DNA of 57,735 nucleotides from assembly GCA_017601395.1 (NCBI GenBank), contig JAFNIQ010000004.1, forward strand, positions 1 through 57,735, written 5' to 3'. The stretch's first letter is position 1, and each line of letters starts with the position of its first letter. The notes under the pieces were generated by a model. It was not told the origin of the DNA. It saw only the letters and a list, made by a program, of their open reading frames with translations, and ran no database searches. Shown piece by piece: positions 42,389 to 52,689 of this stretch. The position numbers and the translations under genes are program-made. Origin of the DNA: Candidatus Brockarchaeota archaeon (GTDB lineage: Archaea > Thermoproteota > EX4484-205 > JAAOZP01).

Positions 42389-44167
42389 TTGGTTAGAGTA
42401 GCCGTAGTAGACAAGGATTCCTGCAAACCCACGAAGTGCGGAAAACCGTGCAGGAAATACTGCCCGATAGTCAGAATAGGCCAGGAGGCAATATACTTCG
42501 CTGAGGACGAAGCTCCCCCCGTGATAAACGAGCATCTGTGCAGCGGGTGCTGCATATGCGTCAAGAAGTGTCCTTTCAACGCCATATGGGTGGTAAACCT
42601 TCCGGATGAGCTTGAGAAAAAGGTTTTCCACAGGTATGGTGTTAACGCTTTCAAGCTCTACGGTTTTCCAGTTCTCTCTAAGGGTGCTGTTACAGGCATT
42701 CTTGGCGAAAACGGAATAGGCAAGTCGACTGTGTTGAAGATAATAAGCGGTATTGTGAAGCCAAATCTGGGCAGGGTTGGTGAAGACGTGAATGTGAATG
42801 AAATCCTGTCTTTCCTAAGGGGGAGTGTTTCATTCAACCTGGTTGAAGAAATTTTCAAGGGTAGGGTGCGGTGCATCTATAAGCCGCAGTACTTAGACGA
42901 TATCCCCAGGATCATCGGCGGTAAAAGCGTTAGGGAAACTCTTGAGAAGGTGGATGAGAAAGGAGTTTTAAACGAAGTCTTGGAAAGGCTGGATTTGAAA
43001 AGCGTTGCCGACAACAGGGTTAGCAGCCTAAGCGGCGGGGAACTGCAGAGGCTGGCTGTTGCAGCAGCCTTCATGCGGAGGGGCGACGTATACTTGTTCG
43101 ACGAGCCATCCAGCTTCCTAGATGTGAAGCAGCGTCTCAAGGTGGCTGAGCTAGTAGCCTCTCTGAAGGAGGACGGTAAGATAGTTGTGGTTGTGGAGCA
43201 TGATCTCACGATGCTCGACTATCTCGCTGACTATCTAGTAATAATCTACGGGCAGCCCTCTGTTTACGGTATTGTCTCACAGGTTCTCTCAGCACGCGTC
43301 GGAATAAACTCCTACTTGGAAGGCTACATAAGGCAGGAGAACATTCGTTTCAGGAGGGAAAGAATAAGGTTTCAAGCTCACAGCCCGGCGGAAGAGTCTC
43401 CAGCGTTGAAAATGTTTGAATGGCCGTCTATACAGGTTTCTCTAGGAGGCTTCACTCTTAAGGCTGAGAAAGGCTTCATAGGAGTTGGGGAAGTCATAGG
43501 CATAGCCGGCCCAAACGGGATAGGTAAGACAACAATGCTGAAAGAACTTTTGAAATATTTCTCCGGCGGCGAATCCCTGTCGGACAGGGATCTGGCTAAG
43601 AGAATAGGCTACAAGCCGCAGTATGTCTCCGGCATGTTTAACGGGGTTGTAAGCGACCTTTTGAAAGAGGCTTACGGAGGAAATGTGCCTGAGGTTCTTG
43701 AAAGCGAGCTGATAAAGCCCCTTAAGCTTGACAGGCTTTACGATAGGCTTGCTGAAACCCTTAGCGGCGGCGAGCTTCAAGCGCTCGCAATAGCGATAGC
43801 GCTTCTGAAGGATTCTCCAATATACTTCTTGGATGAGCCGTGCGCGTACTTGGATGTTGAACAGAGGCTCGTCGTCATACGTGCGATACGCCATACTGTT
43901 ATGACTAAGAAGGCTTCAGCATTCATTGTTGAACACGATATTGCCGCCTTGGATTTTCTTTCAGACAGGCTTATATTCATCCAGGGTGAGCCCGGCGTCC
44001 AAGGGTATGCTTCTGAACCCTTGAATGTCGTCCAAGGCATGAACAGTCTTCTCAAGTATCTGGACGTGACTCTGAGAAGGGAGCCTGAAAACCTTCGCCC
44101 CAGGATAAACAAGAAGGATTCTAAGACGGACAGGCTTCAAAGGGCCCAGGGAAAGTATTACTACTAG
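42389..44167 (+). CDS. abce1: ABCE1 / RNase L inhibitor-type ribosome recycling ATPase
   Basis: N-terminal FeS domain (CKPTKCGKPCRKYCP, CSGCCICVKKCP) followed by two ABC NBDs (GENGIGKST, GPNGIGKTT, two LSGGELQ signatures). Confidence 0.93.
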   Translation: MVRVAVVDKDSCKPTKCGKPCRKYCPIVRIGQEAIYFAEDEAPPVINEHLCSGCCICVKKCPFNAIWVVNLPDELEKKVFHRYGVNAFKLYGFPVLSKGAVTGILGENGIGKSTVLKIISGIVKPNLGRVGEDVNVNEILSFLRGSVSFNLVEEIFKGRVRCIYKPQYLDDIPRIIGGKSVRETLEKVDEKGVLNEVLERLDLKSVADNRVSSLSGGELQRLAVAAAFMRRGDVYLFDEPSSFLDVKQRLKVAELVASLKEDGKIVVVVEHDLTMLDYLADYLVIIYGQPSVYGIVSQVLSARVGINSYLEGYIRQENIRFRRERIRFQAHSPAEESPALKMFEWPSIQVSLGGFTLKAEKGFIGVGEVIGIAGPNGIGKTTMLKELLKYFSGGESLSDRDLAKRIGYKPQYVSGMFNGVVSDLLKEAYGGNVPEVLESELIKPLKLDRLYDRLAETLSGGELQALAIAIALLKDSPIYFLDEPCAYLDVEQRLVVIRAIRHTVMTKKASAFIVEHDIAALDFLSDRLIFIQGEPGVQGYASEPLNVVQGMNSLLKYLDVTLRREPENLRPRINKKDSKTDRLQRAQGKYYY

Positions 44168-44193
44168 TGTTTGCAAAAGGGTTAAGTTTTTAA

Positions 44194-44910
<717 letters not shown>

Positions 44911-44940
44911 GTCTCTCGGTAATTTAAATAGAGGCAAAAA

Positions 44941-45423
44941 TCAAATCGATTTTCTAAAAGTTTTCTCCATACCGTATTGATAAATCTTGAAGCCGAGCTT
45001 CTCGTAGAGTCTAACTGCCGCCTTATTCTCTTTCAACACGCTGAGCCTAATAGCTTCCACACCTTTAGCCTTCAACTTCCTCAAGCTTTCAACCATTAGT
45101 CTCCTGCCAACACCTCTTCTGCGAAACTCCGGTAGAACATAAAGATCATTTATACTGCCCGTGAGCTCTGAAACTTCGAGGGGGGTCTCGAAAATAGAGC
45201 TGGTGCAAAATCCTATAGGCTTATTGCCGATCTTCGCCAGGAAAAGGAAGCCTTTCCCTCTTACTAAGGTATCACGAATAAAACTAATCCATTTATCAGC
45301 GTTCTCCTCTGAAGGCAGTATGAAACGTTCAATCTTAAACATTTCACGAGCCAGACTCAACCATAATTGCTTCAACGATTCGTCTAAATCCTCAGGTTTA
45401 CACTCGTAGATTTTTACCAACAC
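44941..45423 (-). CDS. GNAT-family N-acetyltransferase
   Basis: Acetyl-CoA motif YVLPEFRRRGVGRRLM in a 160-aa protein. Confidence 0.8.
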   Translation of the reverse strand: MLVKIYECKPEDLDESLKQLWLSLAREMFKIERFILPSEENADKWISFIRDTLVRGKGFLFLAKIGNKPIGFCTSSIFETPLEVSELTGSINDLYVLPEFRRRGVGRRLMVESLRKLKAKGVEAIRLSVLKENKAAVRLYEKLGFKIYQYGMEKTFRKSI

Positions 45424-45556
45424 TGCTTAACGTTTTAAAAACACCGGTAAGAAAATATAAGGGTTTCTTCGTTGCGGAAATTTTAGTATAGCGGCCATAG
45501 GCGTTAGGATGTTATTACTTCATACTCATTATCGTTGCACGGTCCAAGCCCGAGCT

Positions 45557-46384
45557 CTACGGAATGTTCAATCTGCCTAAGGCTCCAAACGTTTCTACCC
45601 TCCAAGCTATTTCCAGGGTAGCTTTGCAACATCTAACACCCTCAACATCTATTGCTACCTGATTACCTGAAGCCAGAATAAGGTCCGGTTCGTGTAACGT
45701 GCCTTTAGCCGGCCCCCCGGTGATGAAGACTTTTCTCGCATCCATAATTATTAAATCAGGCTTTACTACGAGGCTTAGTTCCGCAAGCTTCTCCCGGAGA
45801 TACTTCATGTGAAACATTATCTGGTCGAAAAAAGGTTTAACGAAACCCATTGCAAGCTTAATCGACCCTGTGAAGTCTGCAGCGTGATGCGTTTTAATAA
45901 GTGGAGCATAAACGATCTTCTCTATTTCCAGTGCTTACTTAGCTAGCGAGACTTTTCGCAAGTATCGCCCACCCTTAACCTCGACACGCCGCCACCCATC
46001 CCGGTCGAACACTGCTCCCCAACCGTCTTTTCCGAAAACTCTGACCTCGGCCCCAGCTTCCTCAGCAACCCTGATGACGCCCGCTTGCTCAAAACCTTCC
46101 GGCTGTAGAGGAAAGACGTCCTCTCCCCTAGAATTGACTCTCGCCGCCCCAGCCTCGTAAAGCAGTTCAATAATCGACTTTATGAACTCCGGGTCGCTCG
46201 AGCCTGGAAACGGGTCTGCAGTATTGTAGTTCGGCTTTAGAAGAATAGTGTCGCCTTTTTCAACAAGCTTGTCGAATCCTCCGATAAGAGACACGGAATG
46301 CTCAATTGATTTCTTCAGATTTCCGTCAGAGGCAACCCTGCTTACAAGCGGTATTCCCGAACGGGTAAACGGGTTTCGCTTCAT
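45557..46384 (-). pseudogene. DUF362-family gene interrupted by a single in-frame TAA
   Basis: ORFs 45935..46384 and 45557..45850 are in the same frame. The 28 codons between them (ALEIEKIVYAPLIKTHHAADFTGSIKLA) continue the DUF362 pattern (..ILLKPN.. then ..lKtH..). The only interruption is TAA at 45935-45937. Confidence 0.6.
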
Positions 46385-46954
46385 AACCTTGACATGTATA
46401 AGCGGTTTAACGGATAGTTAAAGATTGCCCGCGTGGGTTTATTAGACGGATGCTTTGCGCCTGGATCTTAGGCTTCTCAAGAAAAATGTGAAAATCATCC
46501 TGTCGAGACCGTGTGAAAAGCATTGGGGAAATGCTTCTCAAGAGTAGCGCGGGGAAAAGAATGGTCTCTTAATCTTCAGCACTCGGAACACGATGAAAAT
46601 TAGGGAGGAATACTTGTCAATCTTCTCCTAGATTACATTATTATCGAGGAAAAGCTTCAGGTTGTTATGCTCACCTGTAATACGCATTGAGTTAGAAACC
46701 GTGTCGTGATAGTCTTGAGGCAGATCCACCTGATTAAGGATGACGATAGGATAGACATGCTGATAAGAGAGCGTATGCTTAGAAGGTTAGTGTGCGCTGG
46801 CTGAGAATGATGCTTGTTGAAAAAGGCTTCAGGATTAAGACAGTGTATTCTGGAGTCGTAGGAAGAGTTTAGGAAGGGCGAGCGTGAAAGCATGTGGTTT
46901 ATAACAACCTTTGGACGCTGGCAAGCAACAGGTTTTCATCGATTAGGATTAAAA

Positions 46955-47030
46955 CGGGCCCGCTGGGATTTGAACCCAGGTTCTCCGGCTCCGCAGGCCG
47001 ACGCCTTTATCCTGGCTTGGCCACGGGCCC
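46955..47030 (-). tRNA. tRNA-Arg (anticodon GCG)
   Basis: Reverse complement GGGCCCGTGGCCAAGCCAGGATAAAGGCGTCGGCCTGCGGAGCCGGAGAACCTGGGTTCAAATCCCAGCGGGCCCG. Anticodon stem TCGGC/GCCGG with loop CTGCGGA. T arm CTGGG-TTCAAAT-CCCAG. Confidence 0.9.
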
Positions 47031-47056
47031 TTAAAGGTTTTGCGCAGAGGGCTTAT

Positions 47057-48955
47057 TTAAACTTCATTGAGCTTCTCGATGCCCGCTATTTCAAAAGCGT
47101 TGCCCATGGTTATCGTGAAGGCTTTAACCAGCGCCAGCCTATCCATTCTAATGCCTTCTCCAGTTATCACGGGGCACTTCTCATAGAAACTGTTAAACAT
47201 GTCTGCAAGATGCCTCATGTATACTGCGATAATGTTTAATGCCAGTGTTTCCCAAGCCATGTTTAAAACCCATGAGAATTTGCCTATCTGCCTAACCAGA
47301 CTCAGCTCCTCAGGAGTGTTGAAAGAGGCTTCTGTCAGGCTTTTCGCGTCGACACCTGCTTTCTCAAGTATTCTGCATGCCCGGGCATAGGTGTATTGAA
47401 GATACGGGGCGGTGTCGCCCTCCAGCCTTGTGGCGTCCTTAACGTCGAAAACTATTATGTTGTTCCTATCAGTCTTGAAGAGCGAGTATCTTATGGATGC
47501 GACGCTCAGATGCGTGCTCACACTCCTAACCCATTCCTCATCCTTAGACGGGTTTCTCCTCCGGGTTTCCTCGTAAACCTTTTGAAAAACTGTTTTAAGA
47601 AGGTCGTTAGCGTTGAAAACTATTCCTTTCCTACCGGACATGTGGACCATCCTCCTTTCCTTTAACTCTTCAACCCCCGTCAGCTCGCTGGCCGTCTCGC
47701 CAGAGAGGGCGACAACCTCGTAGAGATACGGAAGGTACTTTTTCTCAGGCGGGGCCCCAAGCTTTCTCAGAGCATGCTCAACCACTTTCTGCGGGTATTC
47801 CTGCCTCTTATCAACAACCGTTATCGCCAAGTCTACCCCACGGTAATCGTATTCCTCCCCATCCCAGTGCGTCGTTAAAAGAGTCCTCCCGTCCGGCTGC
47901 TCAACCCATTTCTTCACTCTGAACCTTCTCGGCGTTAAACCGAGCTTCCAAGCTGCGTAAGCAATATCCTTGCCCACATAGGTGGCCGTGCCATCTGATC
48001 TTACGAGAACCTCGTCAGGCGCCTTAAGCCTGCTGAACTCCTCAACATCCCTAAGCCTGATCATTAGACACCCCTTGTTTTCACCCTCCTCCTCCAAGTA
48101 GGCTTCCCCTCTGCTTCTCAACTCGTTCACAGCCCACTCGAATATCCCTGACCTCAAAACGTCAGTCTCCCAGTTTAGCAAGTCGTAAAATATTCTGAAG
48201 CTCCAGGCTGTTTCAAGCTGGCATTCGACAACTTTCTCCGAGAAAAACCTGGCGAAATCAGCCACCTCGTTCCCACCCTCTTCGATCCTTCTTATTATCT
48301 CGCTCCTCAGCCTCCTCAGCTCCCCGTCCTTCTCAATCTTCTCGCTGTACTCGGCGTAAACCCTGCCGCTATACTCGTCGAACCTTACGCCCTCCGGAGG
48401 CTCCAGAGGCGTTTTCATAAAGTAGTGGGCAAGAATATTATCAGCAACCTGGGAGCCACTGTCGTCAATATAGTTCACAACAGTTACCTCGTGGCCCAGA
48501 AACCTTAGGAGCCTCGCTAAAACATCTCCTATGACAGCGTTCCTCAGCGTACCGATGTGCAGAGCCTTATTCGGGTTGGAATTGGTATGCTCTATGAGTA
48601 TTTTCCTACTGGCAACAGGGAACTTTCCGTAATCGTCGCGTTTAGAAAGAGCCTCGTTCAACACTTTAACGGAGTATTTCACGGGGTCGAAGCGGAAATT
48701 GATGAAGCCGTTCACGTTTTCAACATGCTTCAAAACCTCCATCTCACTGAGGTCTATGGCTGCTATAATCCTGTCAGCGGCCTCCACAGGGTTTAAACCA
48801 TGTTTCCTAGCCAAGTCGAAGGCCACTGGGGTTGCAAGATCGCCGAGCTCAGGGATAGGCGGCTCCTCAACCCTCGCTCTAGCGATAAACCCCAGTCTCC
48901 CCAGCGCTTGGTCCACGTGAACCCTTATTCTTTCAGCCTCTTCCAGAAACCCCAT
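47057..48955 (-). CDS. argS: arginine--tRNA ligase
   Basis: 632 aa class I aaRS. HIGH-type motif NSNPNKALHIGTLRN, MSGRKG (KMSKS-like) and a C-terminal DALR anticodon-binding region. Confidence 0.9.
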   Translation of the reverse strand: MGFLEEAERIRVHVDQALGRLGFIARARVEEPPIPELGDLATPVAFDLARKHGLNPVEAADRIIAAIDLSEMEVLKHVENVNGFINFRFDPVKYSVKVLNEALSKRDDYGKFPVASRKILIEHTNSNPNKALHIGTLRNAVIGDVLARLLRFLGHEVTVVNYIDDSGSQVADNILAHYFMKTPLEPPEGVRFDEYSGRVYAEYSEKIEKDGELRRLRSEIIRRIEEGGNEVADFARFFSEKVVECQLETAWSFRIFYDLLNWETDVLRSGIFEWAVNELRSRGEAYLEEEGENKGCLMIRLRDVEEFSRLKAPDEVLVRSDGTATYVGKDIAYAAWKLGLTPRRFRVKKWVEQPDGRTLLTTHWDGEEYDYRGVDLAITVVDKRQEYPQKVVEHALRKLGAPPEKKYLPYLYEVVALSGETASELTGVEELKERRMVHMSGRKGIVFNANDLLKTVFQKVYEETRRRNPSKDEEWVRSVSTHLSVASIRYSLFKTDRNNIIVFDVKDATRLEGDTAPYLQYTYARACRILEKAGVDAKSLTEASFNTPEELSLVRQIGKFSWVLNMAWETLALNIIAVYMRHLADMFNSFYEKCPVITGEGIRMDRLALVKAFTITMGNAFEIAGIEKLNEV

Positions 48956-49012
48956 TCTACAAACGGTTTTGAAGCAGAACAGGGTTAATAAGGATTAACA
49001 GGGTGAAACAGG

Positions 49013-49540
49013 CTACTTGGTTTTCAGCTTTTCCTTCAGCCTCCACTTTGAAGCCAGCGTCTCAAAATCCTTCTTGAAAACCTTTCTAAGGTATGGCAGG
49101 TAGAAGTCTATTTCCTCACTGGTCATGTATTGAAACTGATACTCCCCCTCATAGGGAGAAGGCTCTCCAGCCCTAGTTATGAACTCTATATGCATGAAGG
49201 GCTCTCCCTTTCTAACAACCACAGGCTCCCTCTCGTTGTTCAGGTTCACGATCTCAAGCGCAAGCCTCCCGACGAAGCCGCTGTGAACCTTGGCCGCGTT
49301 TAAAAATGACAGGCCTGCTCTCCCGTAACGGCTTTTAGCAGTGAGGTGTGCAACAATGTTCGGCGGCGTGAAAACAATCTCGTTGGATATCACGTTCTTA
49401 TGCTCAAGGTATTGAAGCTTAACATCATCCATCACCGTCAAAACATACCCGTCTCCATCCATGTACTTCTCGTCGAACGGGTGTATTATCGGCATTCTCT
49501 TCACCATCTTCAGCAGCTCGCTTTTCCCCAGTATGCTCAT
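49013..49540 (-). CDS. dcd: dCTP deaminase (dUTPase superfamily)
   Basis: 175 aa with VHSGFVGRLALEIVNL, typical of the dCTP deaminase/dUTPase fold. Confidence 0.8.
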   Translation of the reverse strand: MSILGKSELLKMVKRMPIIHPFDEKYMDGDGYVLTVMDDVKLQYLEHKNVISNEIVFTPPNIVAHLTAKSRYGRAGLSFLNAAKVHSGFVGRLALEIVNLNNEREPVVVRKGEPFMHIEFITRAGEPSPYEGEYQFQYMTSEEIDFYLPYLRKVFKKDFETLASKWRLKEKLKTK

Positions 49541-49561
49541 CAGCCTTTACGCTCAGGAACG

Positions 49562-50458
49562 CTAATATAAATTTTCAAGAAGCCTTTTCAAAGCTTTAAC
49601 CCTGTTTTCAACCTCGTTAACGCTGAAGTCGAAGAAGGGTCCTGTTTTCCCAGCCTTAATGCTTGAGCAGGCTGACGCGTAAAGGCTTGACTCCAAAAGG
49701 CTTCCCGTTTCAAGATGTTTCGCCAGGAAAACAGCCGCGTAAACATCCCCGGCCCCAGTAGGGTCGAGTGTCTCCACCTCCAGACTAGGCATGTAGAAAC
49801 ACCCTTGCTTGTAAATAATCATGGAGCCGTGTTCAGAGTTGGTCAGCTCAACAATCATCCCCGGGTTGATTTCGAAAAGCTCCTTAACGTCACGGTTTAG
49901 AAAGAAAAACTGCTCGTCAACATTCATGTGAACATAGTTAACCCTGCTGAGAGCATCCTCCGGAAGCAACCTCTTAACGTGGTGAACACACCCGTCGACA
50001 CCGCTAGTCCTGATGAACCCCTGCGCGTCGATAGAAAGCCTGCAGCCTGCTTCCTCAAGCTCCTTGAAAACACTGTGGTCAACCTCGTTTAAAACAGGCG
50101 TAACATGTATGGCGTCAAACCCTGTAAGCCTGCTTTTTTCAACAACAATCTTTCTAGAAGGCTCCCCCGACGTTTTCTGAAGCCTGGAGGAATCCTGGTA
50201 AACGTTTTCAAACAGGATGCTTCTCTCAAGCTCCGTAGCGTAAACCTCAACACCCTTCCGCTTAAGACTCTCAACCCACTCCATGTTCATATCCGGCCCG
50301 TAGGCTGTGAAAAGAACTGTTTCAACACCTATTCTGGAGAGGCTGAGCGAAGAGTAGAATCCTCCTCCACCCATGTAACTGTAGGATCCGCCGCGGCTCC
50401 TGTTAACGTCTATCGTTAAAGCGCCCACCACGCCGATTCTAAAAGGCCTCCCAGACAT
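49562..50458 (-). CDS. PfkB-family carbohydrate/nucleoside kinase
   Basis: C-terminal PfkB signature DPTGAGDVYAAVFLA and an N-terminal GG dipeptide region. Substrate not assignable. Confidence 0.8.
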   Translation of the reverse strand: MSGRPFRIGVVGALTIDVNRSRGGSYSYMGGGGFYSSLSLSRIGVETVLFTAYGPDMNMEWVESLKRKGVEVYATELERSILFENVYQDSSRLQKTSGEPSRKIVVEKSRLTGFDAIHVTPVLNEVDHSVFKELEEAGCRLSIDAQGFIRTSGVDGCVHHVKRLLPEDALSRVNYVHMNVDEQFFFLNRDVKELFEINPGMIVELTNSEHGSMIIYKQGCFYMPSLEVETLDPTGAGDVYAAVFLAKHLETGSLLESSLYASACSSIKAGKTGPFFDFSVNEVENRVKALKRLLENLY

Positions 50459-50637
50459 TTAGACGCAGAATCAAGTTAAAGCCCCATATTTAACCACTAT
50501 CAGAATTAGGTGTGAGCCCCTCAGTCTAAAAGCTTAAAAAGCCGTCAGGCTCGACTTTTTGGTTGAGCGTTTTCAACCCGGAGGTCCAGATTTAGGGTAA
50601 AGTGTATAAGCCAGCGTTCCCCAGCTTCCCCGGGCTG

Positions 50638-51213
50638 ATGAGAATGGCGAAAACAAGCAGGATTGTTGAAATAAGGTGGCATGGCAGGGGTGGTCAAGGA
50701 GTTGTGCTTGCAAACCAGCTAATAGGAATGGCTCTCTTCGAAGAAGGCAAGAACATTCAGACTTTCCCGGACTTCGGCCCAGAGAGGACGGGTGGGCCTG
50801 TTAGGGGCTACACGCGCTTCTCAGAGGACCCTATAGACATACATTCCTCAGTATACGAGCCTGATATTCTGGCGGTTATAGACCCATACTTGGCTGAGGA
50901 CCCGAGCGTCTACACAGGCCTCAAACCGGAGGGTGTTGCAGTAGTCAACTCCGCTAAAAACCCTGGAGACCTAAGGAGGAAGCTGGGTTTAAACGTTAAG
51001 ACCCTGGGAGTTGTTGACGCCGCCAAGATCTCGAAGGAGGTCTTCGGAGCCTACGTTTTCAACACGCCTGTAATAGGCGGACTAGTTAGGTTGACGGGCG
51101 TAGTCAGGCTTGAAACGCTTGAAAAACTGTTTTTAAACAGGTTTCCAGGCAGGGTTGGAGAGCTGAACGTGAAAATGCTTAAGAGGGGATACGAGGAGGT
51201 GGCGGCCCAATGA
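50638..51213 (+). CDS. porG: 2-oxoacid (pyruvate/2-ketoisovalerate):ferredoxin oxidoreductase gamma subunit
   Basis: EIRWHGRGGQGVV is typical of the gamma subunit. The track start GTG 50602 is probably too far upstream. ATG 50638 lies ~30 nt after a TATA-like GTATAAG. Confidence 0.85.
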   Translation: MRMAKTSRIVEIRWHGRGGQGVVLANQLIGMALFEEGKNIQTFPDFGPERTGGPVRGYTRFSEDPIDIHSSVYEPDILAVIDPYLAEDPSVYTGLKPEGVAVVNSAKNPGDLRRKLGLNVKTLGVVDAAKISKEVFGAYVFNTPVIGGLVRLTGVVRLETLEKLFLNRFPGRVGELNVKMLKRGYEEVAAQ

Positions 51214-51488
51214 GCACAACAGTAACCTGGAGAGAGATAGACCTGGGTGGAAGCGTCGCCGGCGGAACAAGCGAGAAGTATAAGACCGGCAACTGGAGGG
51301 TTGAAAAACCAGTCATAGACTACGAGAAGTGTGTTAGATGCCTGATATGCTGGCTCTACTGTCCTGAGCCCGCGATAATTAGAAACGGAAACGAGGTGAA
51401 GATAGACTACGACTACTGCAAGGGCTGCGGAATATGCGCCGAAGAATGTCCAAGGAAGGCAATCACAATGGTTCCGGAGGAGATTTAA
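51210..51488 (+). CDS. porD: 2-oxoacid:ferredoxin oxidoreductase delta subunit (2x[4Fe-4S])
   Basis: Two ferredoxin motifs, CVRCLICWLYCP and CKGCGICAEECP. 4-nt overlap with gamma. Confidence 0.88.
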   Translation: MSTTVTWREIDLGGSVAGGTSEKYKTGNWRVEKPVIDYEKCVRCLICWLYCPEPAIIRNGNEVKIDYDYCKGCGICAEECPRKAITMVPEEI

Positions 51489-51489
51489 A

Positions 51490-52689
51490 ATGATGACGGA
51501 AGCCTTGGCAAGGCAGCATAGGATAGCGCTAACCGGGAACGACGCCGTAGCCTACGCTGTCAAACAGGCTAACGTCGACGTGATAAGCGCCTACCCCATA
51601 ACCCCTCAAACATTCGTTGTCGAAACACTTTCAAGATACGTGAACGACGGCGAGCTGAACGCTAAGTTCATAAACGTTGAATCAGAGCACTCAGCCCTCT
51701 CCGCAGTAATAGGTGCCTCCTTAGCGGGGGCGAGAGCATTCACAGCAACCGCTAGCCAGGGCCTCGCATACATGTGGGAGGCTCTCTACGCAGCATCAGG
51801 ATTAAGACTACCAATAGTCATGGCGCTAGCGGCAAGAGCCCTCTCAGCACCAATAAACATTCACAACGACCACTCGGACTTCTTCGGAATGAGGGACGCA
51901 GGCTGGATAATGTTTAACGGCGAGGAGGCGCAGGAAACCTACGACCTCACAATCATGGCCTTCAAAATCGCAGAAGACCCCAGAGTACTCCTTCCGGTCG
52001 TAGTCTCGTACGACGGCTTCATAGTCTCGCACGCAATAACCAACTTCTACGCTTTAAACGACGACGTCGTCAAAGAATTCTTAGGGGTAAGAACAACCGG
52101 GCCGAGAATAGACCCCGACAACCCGAGAACCTTCGGCGTCCTAGCGTTGCAAGACTCCTACTTCGAGTTCAAAAGACAACAGTACGAGGCGATGGAGAAC
52201 TCTAGGCAAGTAATAAAAGAAGTATTCCAGAAATACGAGGAGATCTCCGGCAGAAGCTACGCGCCACTCAAAGAATACATGACGAGCGACGCGGAAACCT
52301 GCATAGTGGCAATGGGAAGCACCGTAGGAACAGCCCGGCACGCGGTTAAAACCCTCAGGGAAGCAGGCGAGAAAGCAGGCGTCGTAGGAATACTGCAGTA
52401 CAGACCGTGGCCCGTTAAAGAGGCCGAGCAACTCTTCTCAAGATTCAAAAGAATAATCGTCATGGAGAAAGTCATGAGCCCAGGAGCAAGAGCAGGCCCA
52501 GTCTACGAGGACATCGCCGCAACAATCTATCCGAAACACTCAGAAGTGAAAATAATAGACTTCACATACGGCCTCGGAGGAAGAGACATCTCAACTCGGG
52601 GGATCATAGAAATCTACAAGAAAGGCAAGGAGCTCATAGACAAGGGTAAAACAGACAGAGTATACTTCCACGGGGTGAGAGGAGAATGA
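51490..52689 (+). CDS. porA: 2-oxoacid:ferredoxin oxidoreductase alpha subunit
   Basis: 399 aa. LTGNDAVAYAVKQANVDVISAYPITPQT is typical of the alpha subunit. Confidence 0.88.
   Translation: MMTEALARQHRIALTGNDAVAYAVKQANVDVISAYPITPQTFVVETLSRYVNDGELNAKFINVESEHSALSAVIGASLAGARAFTATASQGLAYMWEALYAASGLRLPIVMALAARALSAPINIHNDHSDFFGMRDAGWIMFNGEEAQETYDLTIMAFKIAEDPRVLLPVVVSYDGFIVSHAITNFYALNDDVVKEFLGVRTTGPRIDPDNPRTFGVLALQDSYFEFKRQQYEAMENSRQVIKEVFQKYEEISGRSYAPLKEYMTSDAETCIVAMGSTVGTARHAVKTLREAGEKAGVVGILQYRPWPVKEAEQLFSRFKRIIVMEKVMSPGARAGPVYEDIAATIYPKHSEVKIIDFTYGLGGRDISTRGIIEIYKKGKELIDKGKTDRVYFHGVRGE

Noticed and set aside
42197-42654. Two long minus-strand ORFs (144 and 149 aa) with poly-Ser / Pro-Leu repeats
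   Set aside because: They are the antisense reading of the GAA/GAG run at 42219-42332. They also extend over the well-supported N-terminal FeS domain of ABCE1 on the opposite strand, so they are compositional shadows.
46739-46830. Possible C/D-box sRNA (ATGACGA ... CTGA ... CTGA, AATGATGC)
   Set aside because: The boxes deviate from RUGAUGA/CUGA. The spacing does not give a C-D'-C'-D layout with ~12-nt guides, and there is no terminal stem.
46892-47239. 115-aa plus-strand ORF
   Set aside because: It runs straight through tRNA-Arg (antisense) and into the 3' end of argS on the opposite strand. It has no motif and no start context.
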